Shown here one piece after another: positions 49,737-59,503 of a DNA stretch of 64,000 nt. The translations under genes and the position numbers were made by a program. Position 1 is the first letter of the stretch, and each line of letters begins with the position of its first letter. Below the pieces are notes generated by a model. It was not told the DNA's origin, ran no database searches, and saw only the letters and a list, made by a program, of their open reading frames with translations. The stretch is from Rhodospirillaceae bacterium (GTDB lineage Bacteria; Pseudomonadota; Alphaproteobacteria; SHVP01). The stretch lies in assembly GCA_002722055.1 (NCBI GenBank), contig PBKD01000014.1, positions 16,533 through 80,532 on the forward strand. Direction: 5' to 3'.

Positions 49737-50678
49737 TTAAGCGCTTATAATTCTATTTATTTCTTTCAATTGATTTTCAGATAAGTTGCACTTCAATGAA
49801 TTTACATTTTGTTCCACTTGCTGAGCTGATGTTGCTCCAGCAATGATACTTGAGACATACTTTTTGGAGGCCAACCATCGAAATGAAATATCAAGTAATT
49901 TCAAATTATATTTATCGCAAAAATTTTCTAAAGACTCTATTTTTATCCAATTTTCATTAGACATATATTTATCTACTAGTTGTGGCCATGCTAAAAATCT
50001 AGAATTCTCAGGAAAGTATTTATCTTTTTTATATTTCCCTGTGAGAAGACCACTAGCTAAAGGAAAATATGGTAATAAACTCATTTTATGACTCTCAATT
50101 TCAGTTACCAAGTTTTCCTCAATATCTCTAACAAGAAGAGAATATTCATCTTGAGAAGAAATAAACATTTTATCAAATTCATCTTTAAAAATATTTTGAG
50201 ATAAAATTAACTGTTGAGACGAATAGTTTGAGCAACCAATATATCTTACTTTCCCCTCGGAAATCAAATTCTCTAGGGCTCTCATTGTTTCCTCAGGATC
50301 AGTATTCAAATCCGGGCGGTGAACTTGATATAGATCAATCCAATCAGTTTTTAACCGCTTTAAACTTGATTCAATTGCCTTAAGAATATATTTAGCTGAG
50401 GCACCAGACATCTCGCCATCTTTATCCATGGGCATACCAAATTTAGTAGCTAAAATAATTTGTTTACGATCATTGCCTAAAATATCTCCAATAAATTCTT
50501 CTGAACCACCTTTATTTCCATAAACATCTGCTGTGTCAAAAAAGTTTATACCTAATTCTAATGCTTTATTAATAACTAATTTAGAAGTTTCAAAATCAAT
50601 TCTACTTGAAAAGTTATTACAGCCTAAACCGATTAAAGAAACCTCTAAATCTGATTGGCCTATTTTTCTAAATTCCAT
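49737..50678 (-). CDS. Aldo/keto reductase
   Basis: GLGCNNF, FDTADVYG, LATKFG, IDLYQVH, GKVRYIGCSN, PLASGLLTGKY. Confidence 0.94.
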   Translation of the reverse strand: MEFRKIGQSDLEVSLIGLGCNNFSSRIDFETSKLVINKALELGINFFDTADVYGNKGGSEEFIGDILGNDRKQIILATKFGMPMDKDGEMSGASAKYILKAIESSLKRLKTDWIDLYQVHRPDLNTDPEETMRALENLISEGKVRYIGCSNYSSQQLILSQNIFKDEFDKMFISSQDEYSLLVRDIEENLVTEIESHKMSLLPYFPLASGLLTGKYKKDKYFPENSRFLAWPQLVDKYMSNENWIKIESLENFCDKYNLKLLDISFRWLASKKYVSSIIAGATSAQQVEQNVNSLKCNLSENQLKEINRIISA

Positions 50679-50813
50679 TTCGTTTGTCCCTGTATATAAT
50701 TACAAAAGGATAACATAAAGTACCCTATAAAATTGAATTAATGTATTGAATATAAATTTTACCATAGTTATACATAAAATATCTAATTGATTAAATTTTA
50801 ATAGAGAAAACGA

Positions 50814-51887
50814 ATGAAAATGATAAAAAAACTAATTGCACTAATTCTTTTTATAACTCTTCCTATCATATCTGCACACTCAAAAGGGATAACCCTGAAA
50901 AAAATTACTACTCTTGAATATCCCTGGGGTTCTTCTTTTATTGATAATAATAATCTATTAGTTTCAGAAAAATACGGGAAAATTAAATTGATAAATATAG
51001 AAAGTAAGAAAATTACTAATATAGATCATAACCTTAATTTTTCTTCGAAAGGACAAGGCGGGCTTCTTGATATTTTATATCAAGATGGTTTTGTATGGAT
51101 TTCATACTCTGAAAAAAGAAATCTAATTTCTTCTAGCACATCAATAGCAAAAGGGAAATTTAAAAAAAATAAAATAATATTTGAAAATATTTTTCAAGCA
51201 AATCCTCCAATAAACTCAGGCCTTCACTTTGGTTCTAGGCTTGCTATTAAAGATAACTATTTATTTGCATCCATAGGAGAGAGGGGCCAAGGAATGATTG
51301 CTCAAGATCCAACAAAACATCCAGGTAGCATCATTCGAATTCACCTTGATGGAAGTATCCCAAAAGATAACCCTAAATATGAGGGACTAAATAATTGGCA
51401 ACCAGAAATATATCAAATAGGTTTAAGAAACCCTCAAGGATTAACTCTTTCTCCTTTTGATAATAAAATTTATATAAGTAATCACGGGGCAATGGGTGGA
51501 GACTGGTTTGGAGAGGCAAAGAAAGGTGGGAACTATGGTTGGAAGATACTTGGCTGGGGAGGTAGAAATTATTCAGGAATTCCAATTGGGCCAAAATGGA
51601 AACCAGGATTTACAAAAGCAATAAGGTATTGGGTGCCTTCAATAGCTGTTAGTGCTATTGCCATTTATAAAGGTGAAGAATTTAATAACTGGAATGGTAA
51701 AGCTTTGATTACTTCTCTAAAGGACATGTCCGTCAGAACACTTACATTTGATAATAAAAATATAGTCAAAGAAGAAATAGTATTAAAGAATCAAATAGGA
51801 AGAATAAGGGATATACAAATTCATCCTTCTAATGGAAAAATATATTTGTTGAGTCAAGATTCTTTATGGCTGATGGAAAAAAATTAA
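50814..51887 (+). CDS. PQQ-dependent sugar dehydrogenase (YliI/GdhB family)
   Basis: Signal peptide, GQGGLLD, HFGSRL, GERG, GLRNPQG, NYGW, GRIRD. Confidence 0.92.
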   Translation: MKMIKKLIALILFITLPIISAHSKGITLKKITTLEYPWGSSFIDNNNLLVSEKYGKIKLINIESKKITNIDHNLNFSSKGQGGLLDILYQDGFVWISYSEKRNLISSSTSIAKGKFKKNKIIFENIFQANPPINSGLHFGSRLAIKDNYLFASIGERGQGMIAQDPTKHPGSIIRIHLDGSIPKDNPKYEGLNNWQPEIYQIGLRNPQGLTLSPFDNKIYISNHGAMGGDWFGEAKKGGNYGWKILGWGGRNYSGIPIGPKWKPGFTKAIRYWVPSIAVSAIAIYKGEEFNNWNGKALITSLKDMSVRTLTFDNKNIVKEEIVLKNQIGRIRDIQIHPSNGKIYLLSQDSLWLMEKN

Positions 51888-51888
51888 G

Positions 51889-53196
51889 TTATAAATATCC
51901 CCAGAGATTTGGCAACCATAAAGCTAATGCCGGGAAGCAAGTCACAAGAGCTAATCTAACTAAATCTGCCCCTGCAAATGGAGCTATACCTTTAAATATT
52001 GTCGTTATAGGAAGATGTTTTGCCATTCCATGCATCACAAAAACATTCATTCCAATTGGAGGTGTTATCATTCCTATTTCCATAACAATAACATTTATTA
52101 CTCCCCACCATATTGGATCAAAACCTAAATTGACTATTAATGGATAAACAAAAGGAAGTGTTATGACCATAGCTGCAACGGTATCAAAAATGCTTCCTAG
52201 TATAATAAACATTATGTATAAAAGTATAAGAATTATATATTTGTTTAGACCCAAATCTTCAATTGAACTTACAATTGTTTCAGGTAAACCAGATAATGTC
52301 ATAAAAAAAGAAAAAATATGAGCACCGATTATGATAACATATATCATACCTGTTGTACTTGCTGCATCAATGAGGGTCTCTAGAAATGAATTCCAAGTAA
52401 TCTTTTTTCTAAATAATGCAAAAAGAAAAGCAATAACAACTCCAACTGAGGCAGACTCTGCTGGAGAAAAAACTCCTGTATAAAGACCTACTGAAACAAT
52501 AACTGCTAAAGTTAAAACTCCCCATGAAGCTCTTAGAATCTTAAGGCGCTCACTCCAAGGTAGTTTTGGCCCAGGTGGGCCCATTTCAGGTTTTACAAAA
52601 ACCAAAACCCTTATAGCAATGAAGTATACTACTATTGATAATAGACCAGGAATTAAAGCAGCGGCAAATAAAGCAATAATAAACTGCTCAGTTAAAATTC
52701 CGTAAATTATCATTACAATTGAGGGGGGTATTAACATTCCTAATGTTCCACCTGCAGCAATACTCCCTGCTGAGAGCATTGGGGAATAACCTCTTTCTGC
52801 CATTTCTGGTAATGCTATTCTTGTCATAGTAGCTGTTGTAGCTATTGAAGAACCACTAACAGAACCAAACCCTCCACAAGCTCCAACAGTTGCAATTGCT
52901 AGACCACCTCTAAGATGACCAAAAAAAGCATAAGCTAACCTATATAAATCTTGAGCAAGACCACTTAAGTTAGCAAAAGCACCCATAAGTATAAAACTAG
53001 CGACAACTGCTAATCCTTCACTCGTTACAACTGATCTACCTTCTGCTCCAAATAGCCCATAAGCAGGCTCGAAACCAATTAAATAACCAATGGTTATAAA
53101 ACCTGTTATCCCCATAGCAACACCTATAGGAACATGTAAAGCAATGAAAACAAATAGAAGTATTAAGCCTAATATACCGATTAAAACTGGGGACAT
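51889..53196 (-). CDS. dctM: TRAP transporter large permease
   Basis: FILMG, GSSIAT, GGTLGMLIPPS, GMITPPIGMN. Confidence 0.94.
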   Translation of the reverse strand: MSPVLIGILGLILLFVFIALHVPIGVAMGITGFITIGYLIGFEPAYGLFGAEGRSVVTSEGLAVVASFILMGAFANLSGLAQDLYRLAYAFFGHLRGGLAIATVGACGGFGSVSGSSIATTATMTRIALPEMAERGYSPMLSAGSIAAGGTLGMLIPPSIVMIIYGILTEQFIIALFAAALIPGLLSIVVYFIAIRVLVFVKPEMGPPGPKLPWSERLKILRASWGVLTLAVIVSVGLYTGVFSPAESASVGVVIAFLFALFRKKITWNSFLETLIDAASTTGMIYVIIIGAHIFSFFMTLSGLPETIVSSIEDLGLNKYIILILLYIMFIILGSIFDTVAAMVITLPFVYPLIVNLGFDPIWWGVINVIVMEIGMITPPIGMNVFVMHGMAKHLPITTIFKGIAPFAGADLVRLALVTCFPALALWLPNLWGYL

Positions 53197-53198
53197 TT

Positions 53199-53744
53199 TT
53201 AATTATTCTCTTTTTTTTCTAGAGGATCATTTTTATCAAAATTTATTTTTTCGAAAAAAGCAGACTTTATATTTTTAAAAATCATCCAGACTTGAACTGG
53301 CAAACAAAAAAGAATTATAACTGTAGCAATCCACCACCAAAAAGCTACAGGAATTTTTTCAACACCAGTTGTTCTATTATTTTCTTGAAGATCTATACCA
53401 AGTAAAACAAATTGAGAGGATAGAAAATAAAAAAATACAAGCGTAAGAATAGAGGCGAATAATTCTAAAAATTTTTTACTCACGGGGCCTAGAGCCGCTC
53501 CTAAAAATTCAATACTGACATTCTTTCTATGTAGCAAAACTGCTGGAAATGTTGCGCATATAATTATAGGAAAAGAAATTAAACCCCAGTCTCCGAATCC
53601 AGGAATACTTGGGAGTAATAACCATCGCATAAGTGCGTCATACATAGTAAGAAATGACATAAATATAAGGAAAACAAAACCTACAGTAGCGATTATTTTA
53701 CAAACAAGGTCAAGTCGGTACTGTAGGTTTTCTAGTATTTTCAT
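53199..53744 (-). CDS. dctQ: TRAP transporter small permease
   Basis: Four TM segments, lies between dctP and dctM. Confidence 0.87.
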   Translation of the reverse strand: MKILENLQYRLDLVCKIIATVGFVFLIFMSFLTMYDALMRWLLLPSIPGFGDWGLISFPIIICATFPAVLLHRKNVSIEFLGAALGPVSKKFLELFASILTLVFFYFLSSQFVLLGIDLQENNRTTGVEKIPVAFWWWIATVIILFCLPVQVWMIFKNIKSAFFEKINFDKNDPLEKKENN

Positions 53745-53775
53745 TAAACTAAAAATTAAAAAAAGTTTTCAATTA

Positions 53776-54798
53776 CTACTCACCCCTCATCTCTTTGAGT
53801 AGTTTTTTTGCTGCATCGAAAACTTTTCTATTTCCAGGCGTTTGGTTCGCCCATTCTTCCCAAACAGCTTTTGCTCCATTTTCATACTTTTGAAGCTCAG
53901 CTTTAGTGAATGTTACCATTGTATGCTTACCGCCCTCTTTTATCATTTTACGAAGATCAACACCTGCTTTGGCATATGCTCTACCAGAATCTTCTGCGAC
54001 CATAAGACCAGCGTTATCTTGAAGCGCTTTTTGTTCTGCTGGGCTTAAACCCTCCCAGGTTTTCTTATTCATAAGCAGCATGAAACCTAATGTACCAACT
54101 GGAACATCAACTGTATGAGTTACCAGACCAAAAGATTTAAATGTCTTCATTCCTGACCAACCCTGAATACCAGCAGATAGTGTGCCTCTATTTAACTTAT
54201 CATTCATATCCTTAGTAGCGGCAGCTTCTGGAATAGCACCAAGTGTTTTTAACCACATACCTTGAGTGGCACCTATTATCCTAACTTTTTTATTTTTTAA
54301 ATCTTCAAGCTTAGATATTGGCTCTCTAGAAAAGATGGAGGCAGGCTCACCTGCGAACATACCTACTAAATGTGTATCTTCAAAACCGGAAAGCAGTCCC
54401 ATTTCATGTAACTTCCAACTTACAACAGATGCTTCACGGGCTGTTCTAAAAAAGAATGGTAATTCTACTACCTCTAATTCTGGAAATTGACCAGGTGTGT
54501 AACCAGACATTACCCAAGCAACATCTGCAACACCTGCTTTCACTAAATCATACTGCTGAAAAGGACTCTTTCCTAGAGACCCACCCCAATAAGCTTTTAG
54601 TTCTTTTTTTGATCCAATTTCTTTCAAAGCAGCATTAGCTCTTTCCATCCATGGCATAATTACAAATCTGCTACCAAAACCTTTTGCAGAAACAAAAGAA
54701 CCAACTTTTATTTGATCCGCATTGGTAGCTGAAATAGATACAGCTAAGAACAGCACTGAAAAAAAAGGTATAAATAATTTAATTAAAAAATTCTTCAT
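53776..54798 (-). CDS. dctP: TRAP transporter substrate-binding protein
   Basis: Signal peptide, GGSLG, G.ADVAW...YTPGQFP...ELPF, DLKNKKVR, MNKKTW. Confidence 0.9.
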   Translation of the reverse strand: MKNFLIKLFIPFFSVLFLAVSISATNADQIKVGSFVSAKGFGSRFVIMPWMERANAALKEIGSKKELKAYWGGSLGKSPFQQYDLVKAGVADVAWVMSGYTPGQFPELEVVELPFFFRTAREASVVSWKLHEMGLLSGFEDTHLVGMFAGEPASIFSREPISKLEDLKNKKVRIIGATQGMWLKTLGAIPEAAATKDMNDKLNRGTLSAGIQGWSGMKTFKSFGLVTHTVDVPVGTLGFMLLMNKKTWEGLSPAEQKALQDNAGLMVAEDSGRAYAKAGVDLRKMIKEGGKHTMVTFTKAELQKYENGAKAVWEEWANQTPGNRKVFDAAKKLLKEMRGE

Positions 54799-54919
54799 TC
54801 TTATCCCCCTAATACTAAATTAATTGGTGTATGGTAAATCAAAGAAAAAAATATTCAAGATTTGATGTATAATAATCAAAGAAATACACTATTTTAGATA
54901 AATAATTCAATAATTTTAT

Positions 54920-56131
54920 CTACTTTATTGACTCAGCATACCGCACAGATTCTATCATTGAAGACTTCATAAGGTAATTCTTCATAAGTCTCTTATCTGA
55001 AGTAATTTCTTTTAAATTATTCATTATTTCCCTTCTTACCTCTGGGTCTGTTTGACGCATTCTCCTATGATTAGCATCAGACAAGCTATGAACATATTCT
55101 GTTGCAATTGTTTTACGCTGCCTTGTATAAAGATTAAAAAGTGAATGATCTGAGCCATGCCATACTTTATAAAGTTTATTTGATAAATTGATTGCATCAT
55201 GCACGCCACAGTTCATACCCAAGCCTCCATTCGGGGAGTTTAGGTGAGCAGCATCACCTGCAAGCAACACTCTTCCAAGATTAAATGTTTCTGTAACCCT
55301 TTGATGTGTTTGGTACATGCCTCTTGCTAAAATATTATACCTTTCACCTGGTCTGGAATAAATTTTCTGAAAATGACTTTCTAGAGAATTATCTGATAAT
55401 GTATCTTTAGGATTCTGACCTTGAATGGGCGTTATACCCGATCTCCACCTATCTGGAACTTTCAGTAGACTAAAATTACTTTTTTCAGTCCAAATATAAT
55501 TTACACCAGAAAGGCCGTCATAATATTTTTCAAAGGGAAAATCAGTAATTGCTACCATTGTAAGAACTGGATATGTTTTACCTTCGAAACCCAGCCCTAA
55601 TTTTTGTCGAATTATAGAATGTCCTCCATCACAGCCAATTAAATACTTGCACCTCTCAGTAATTTTTTCTCCATTATCAATAATATGCACATCCACTCCT
55701 TCTTCATCCTGTGCGATATCAAAAACATTACAGTTTAGATATAGATTTGCATTATCTAAACCTTGAATTTTATTTGACAAATATTTAACAACATGAAACT
55801 GCTCACATTGGACTCTATAAGGATGATTAGTCTCTCCCTCCAAAACATTTAATTCAAAAATTGCTCTTTCTCCAGTATCTTGATACCTATACTGCCATGA
55901 TGGAGTAATACTCCCCTTTCTGATAATCATATCTGAGATATCATATTCATCCAACATATCTAAAGTTGCTGGATGCCATGTAGAAGCTCTCAAATCTTCT
56001 GGTATTATTGTTCCTTTTTCATAGATAGATACAGTTATTCCCATTTTTGCAAGCCAAAATCCACATATCAACCCAATAGGCCCGCCTCCTACAATTATAA
56101 CCTGATCATCATTTTTTTTTTCATTTATCAC
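54920..56131 (-). CDS. FAD-dependent monooxygenase (group A aromatic hydroxylase family)
   Basis: GGGPIG, RASTWHP, GCDGGHS, LAGDAAHLNSP.GG.GMN.G.HDA. Confidence 0.92.
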   Translation of the reverse strand: MINEKKNDDQVIIVGGGPIGLICGFWLAKMGITVSIYEKGTIIPEDLRASTWHPATLDMLDEYDISDMIIRKGSITPSWQYRYQDTGERAIFELNVLEGETNHPYRVQCEQFHVVKYLSNKIQGLDNANLYLNCNVFDIAQDEEGVDVHIIDNGEKITERCKYLIGCDGGHSIIRQKLGLGFEGKTYPVLTMVAITDFPFEKYYDGLSGVNYIWTEKSNFSLLKVPDRWRSGITPIQGQNPKDTLSDNSLESHFQKIYSRPGERYNILARGMYQTHQRVTETFNLGRVLLAGDAAHLNSPNGGLGMNCGVHDAINLSNKLYKVWHGSDHSLFNLYTRQRKTIATEYVHSLSDANHRRMRQTDPEVRREIMNNLKEITSDKRLMKNYLMKSSMIESVRYAESIK

Positions 56132-56140
56132 CTAGACTAT

Positions 56141-56176
56141 CTTATGGCTTAGAAAATTCTTATGGCTTAGAAAATT
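56141..56176. repeat. Perfect 18-bp tandem duplication in divergent promoter region
   Basis: CTTATGGCTTAGAAAATT at 56141-56158 and 56159-56176. Confidence 0.93.
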
Positions 56177-56246
56177 ATAAACATAGTATACAAAATAACA
56201 AATAAAGTAGATAATTAAATTTTATTTAATTTATGGGATTAGTAAT

Positions 56247-57956
56247 TTGATTAAAAATGAGATTAGGGTTGCAGCCGTTCAGTTTGATGTAGGTGAAAAT
56301 ATTGATCAAAATCTTGAAAAATCTCTAAAGATGATATCAAGGTCATCAAATTATAAACCTAATTTAATAGTACTTCCAGAATTTATAAATCATTGTTCCT
56401 GGTATGAAGATGAGAATCACTGCTATTCAGTAGCCGTTGAAATGGATGGTTATTTTTTGAATGAGATAAGAAACAAAGCTTCAGAACTAGAGATTTTCAT
56501 AGTTATTAATTGCACTGTAAAAAGAGAAGCAAAAAAAGTAACAGGAACAAATATATTAATTAGTCCAAATGGTGAAGTTTTAGCAGAAAGCGATAAGCAA
56601 GTTTTAATGGGAAATGAAAATAATTTTTTAATGTGTGCAAAAACTTTAGGGCCAGTAACTAAAACAACAATTGGAAGATTAGGTATGTTTTCATGTATGG
56701 ATGGTGTCATGTATGAAACACCAAGATGTATAGCTTTAAGAGATGCACAAATAATGTGTAATACTTTAAATTCTTTTGCGAACGATGAAGCCTCACTTCA
56801 TATTCCCGTTAGAGCTGCAGAAAATAAGGTATTCGTTGTAGCTAGCAATAAATCAGGTGCTTTAGTTCCTGAAGGCGTAAGAAATACCTTGGCCAATAAA
56901 TTAATGATAGACCCTGATAAATTAAACGGAGCTGGCGAAAGCCAGATAGTTGACCCAAAAGGAAATGTCTTAGCAAAAGCTCCAATAGAGGGCAACCATG
57001 TAATATGGGCAGATATAGATATAAGCGAAGCAGAAATTAAAATTAGACCAGACAACACAAATATTTTTACCTCAAGACGACCAGAGATATACAAACCTAT
57101 TGCAAAAAAGCCAAAAACAAAAATGAAACATAGTAAAGTTGAAAGTTTATCAGTTGCAGTAATTCAACCAGACATCTCCCGAAAAGATTTTGAAAGTCAA
57201 ATTGCTAAAGAAATAAAAAAATTGTCAAAGTTATCAGTAAAACTAATTGTATTTCCTGAACTTTTCTATCTAAATGAAAAAGAAAAAATCTCAGATGTTA
57301 GTGAAATAAACTTTCTAACAAAAAAAATTATTTCAACTATCACTGAATCCCTGTCAGAAACAGATACTAAAGTTGTTATGAGCATAGTTTCAAATGACAA
57401 CTCTTCTCACGAGGGAATAGTTATTGGTAGTGAAGGAATATTAATGAAACAAAAACAGCTACATCTTTGTGAACGTCATAATTGGTCTACATCCTTGTCT
57501 GATGATGTCAATGTTTTAGATTTAAGTTGGGGGAGAATCGGAGTAGTTGTTGGTGGTGACTCAATTTTTCCTGAAGTTTTTCGGTTATTAGCGCTAAGGG
57601 ATGTAGACGTAGTAGCTGTTACTTCAAAAATTCTAGAGGAGTGGGAAACACATTATGGACTAATTGAAAGAGCAGCTGAAAATAGAATGGCAATAATTGT
57701 TGGAAGTAGACCTTCTGAGAATAAAACAAGCATGATAGTTGCACCAAATAAAGATTTCACTCTTTGGACTAAATGGGAGAGACCTTTTGATGGAAGTATC
57801 AATGAACCTTCTAGCACAATTGCAGGAAATAATTTTGGGACAACTATAGCAAATATAAATCCTTCAGCTTCTAATAACCGAGAAGTAACAATTCATACAA
57901 ATGTTGTAGAAAGCCGTCCGTGGAAACTACTTGAACCATTGATAAAAAAAAATTAA
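56247..57956 (+). CDS. Two-domain carbon-nitrogen hydrolase (nitrilase superfamily)
   Basis: Domain 1: AAVQF, VLPEF, SDKQ, FSCMDG, RAAEN. Domain 2: AVIQP, VFPEL, GGDSIFPE, RAAEN. Confidence 0.88.
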   Translation: MIKNEIRVAAVQFDVGENIDQNLEKSLKMISRSSNYKPNLIVLPEFINHCSWYEDENHCYSVAVEMDGYFLNEIRNKASELEIFIVINCTVKREAKKVTGTNILISPNGEVLAESDKQVLMGNENNFLMCAKTLGPVTKTTIGRLGMFSCMDGVMYETPRCIALRDAQIMCNTLNSFANDEASLHIPVRAAENKVFVVASNKSGALVPEGVRNTLANKLMIDPDKLNGAGESQIVDPKGNVLAKAPIEGNHVIWADIDISEAEIKIRPDNTNIFTSRRPEIYKPIAKKPKTKMKHSKVESLSVAVIQPDISRKDFESQIAKEIKKLSKLSVKLIVFPELFYLNEKEKISDVSEINFLTKKIISTITESLSETDTKVVMSIVSNDNSSHEGIVIGSEGILMKQKQLHLCERHNWSTSLSDDVNVLDLSWGRIGVVVGGDSIFPEVFRLLALRDVDVVAVTSKILEEWETHYGLIERAAENRMAIIVGSRPSENKTSMIVAPNKDFTLWTKWERPFDGSINEPSSTIAGNNFGTTIANINPSASNNREVTIHTNVVESRPWKLLEPLIKKN

Positions 57957-58618
57957 AAGGGTTTGAATAGGCCCAGTGCTGTATTTAAAACAACTATAAC
58001 CCATATTGACCATATCCAGGGTTTTCCTTTTATGATTAATGAAGAAATAGTTTTTTCTACTTCTGGCGAGGATCCCTCTGAAATCAATCTTTCAAAAGCA
58101 GGGCCAAACGGTTTAAACATTATATTTACCGCTATTAAAACCCCAACTGTAATTGCAAAAAGAGCGAGTTTGATTTTTAACCAATTTTCTGAAATGAATA
58201 AGTCAGAAAATATGGAAATAAGAACAGCAAAAGTTACCAAGACTAAGACTAACCAATTCCAAATATTTTCATAGGGTAAAAGTTTTTTTCCCCATTTCGG
58301 AGCAGTTGGTCTATGGATAGTCCAAATTAACCAAGCCCATAAAAAACCAATAATCCAAAAAACTATAAGCCACTCAAAATTCAAAGGAACCCAACCTCTT
58401 AAACTACCAATACTCAGTCCTGAAGGTAAAATTAAAGTCATTGAAAGCCTAGGAAAAATATCAACACCCTTCAAAACTCTCGCCAACACGGCCCTTTGGG
58501 GAGGAGAATATTCTTTGTTAAGAATAAGCATAGCAGAATAATAAGTACCCATATCTGCTCCTAGCCAAAAAGCCATTAGCAAAACGTGAACAAAAATAAA
58601 AAATGTTGTATAGTCCAT
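57953..58618 (-). CDS. Uncharacterised multi-pass membrane protein
   Basis: About six hydrophobic segments; HVLLMAFWLGAD, D..PR, WL..KL.LF, G..KP. Confidence 0.75.
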   Translation of the reverse strand: MDYTTFFIFVHVLLMAFWLGADMGTYYSAMLILNKEYSPPQRAVLARVLKGVDIFPRLSMTLILPSGLSIGSLRGWVPLNFEWLIVFWIIGFLWAWLIWTIHRPTAPKWGKKLLPYENIWNWLVLVLVTFAVLISIFSDLFISENWLKIKLALFAITVGVLIAVNIMFKPFGPAFERLISEGSSPEVEKTISSLIIKGKPWIWSIWVIVVLNTALGLFKPF

Positions 58619-58703
58619 ATTGAGCTTAATAAAACCTCTTAGTATTTATTTATAAATAAAATAAACTATATGCTTGATTTATGTAAATAGTGAGATTTGA
58701 AAT

Positions 58704-59483
58704 ATGGAAAAAAAAAATAAAAGAGTTGCTATTATAACAGGATCTGCAAAAGGTATAGGCAAAGCTATTGCTGAAAAATTTATTGAACAAAATATTCAAG
58801 TTATTTTAGCTGATATAAACGAAGAAAAGTTGCATGAAACCTCATTAGAAATTGACCCATCAAAAAAAAATACAGATTCTATAAAACTTGATGTAAGCTC
58901 TGAAGAAGAAATAAATAAACTTAAACAATTTGTTCTAAAAAAATATGGTAAATTAGATATTCTAGTTAACAATGCAGGGATAGCGCCGAATAGGTTAATT
59001 GAAGATCAATCTTTAGGAGAATGGGAAAGAGTTCTTAAAGTAAATTTAACAGGGACCTTTTTATGTTCAAGAATGGCAATTGAATTAATGAAAAAGCAAA
59101 AAGACAAATTGAAGTATATACTTAATATAAGTTCTATATCTGGGGCAGTAGGATCGGTAGGCAGAAGTGCTTATGGAGTTTCTAAGGCAGGTATTATTCA
59201 ACTTACCAAACAAATGGCGACAGAATTTGCCGAATTTAAAATTCTTGTTAACTCTATCTCGCCAGGACCTGTAAATACAGATCTTACCAGTAATTCCGAA
59301 AAAGCTTTTGAAAGTTACATATCCAGAATACCACTAGGTAAGTTTGCTGAAAAAAATTCTATCGCAACAGCAGCAGTGTTTCTTACTTCCAAAGAATGCG
59401 ACTTTATAACCGGCCACACCCTTAATATTGATGGAGGTTTTCTTGCAGGAGGAATTAATTTTCCCAAGACTGATTTAAAATAA
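58704..59483 (+). CDS. Short-chain dehydrogenase/reductase
   Basis: TGSAKGIG, NNAGI, YGVSK, SPGPV.T, ITG..L.IDGG. Confidence 0.93.
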   Translation: MEKKNKRVAIITGSAKGIGKAIAEKFIEQNIQVILADINEEKLHETSLEIDPSKKNTDSIKLDVSSEEEINKLKQFVLKKYGKLDILVNNAGIAPNRLIEDQSLGEWERVLKVNLTGTFLCSRMAIELMKKQKDKLKYILNISSISGAVGSVGRSAYGVSKAGIIQLTKQMATEFAEFKILVNSISPGPVNTDLTSNSEKAFESYISRIPLGKFAEKNSIATAAVFLTSKECDFITGHTLNIDGGFLAGGINFPKTDLK

Positions 59484-59503
59484 TCAATGATAGGAGAATA
59501 AAG

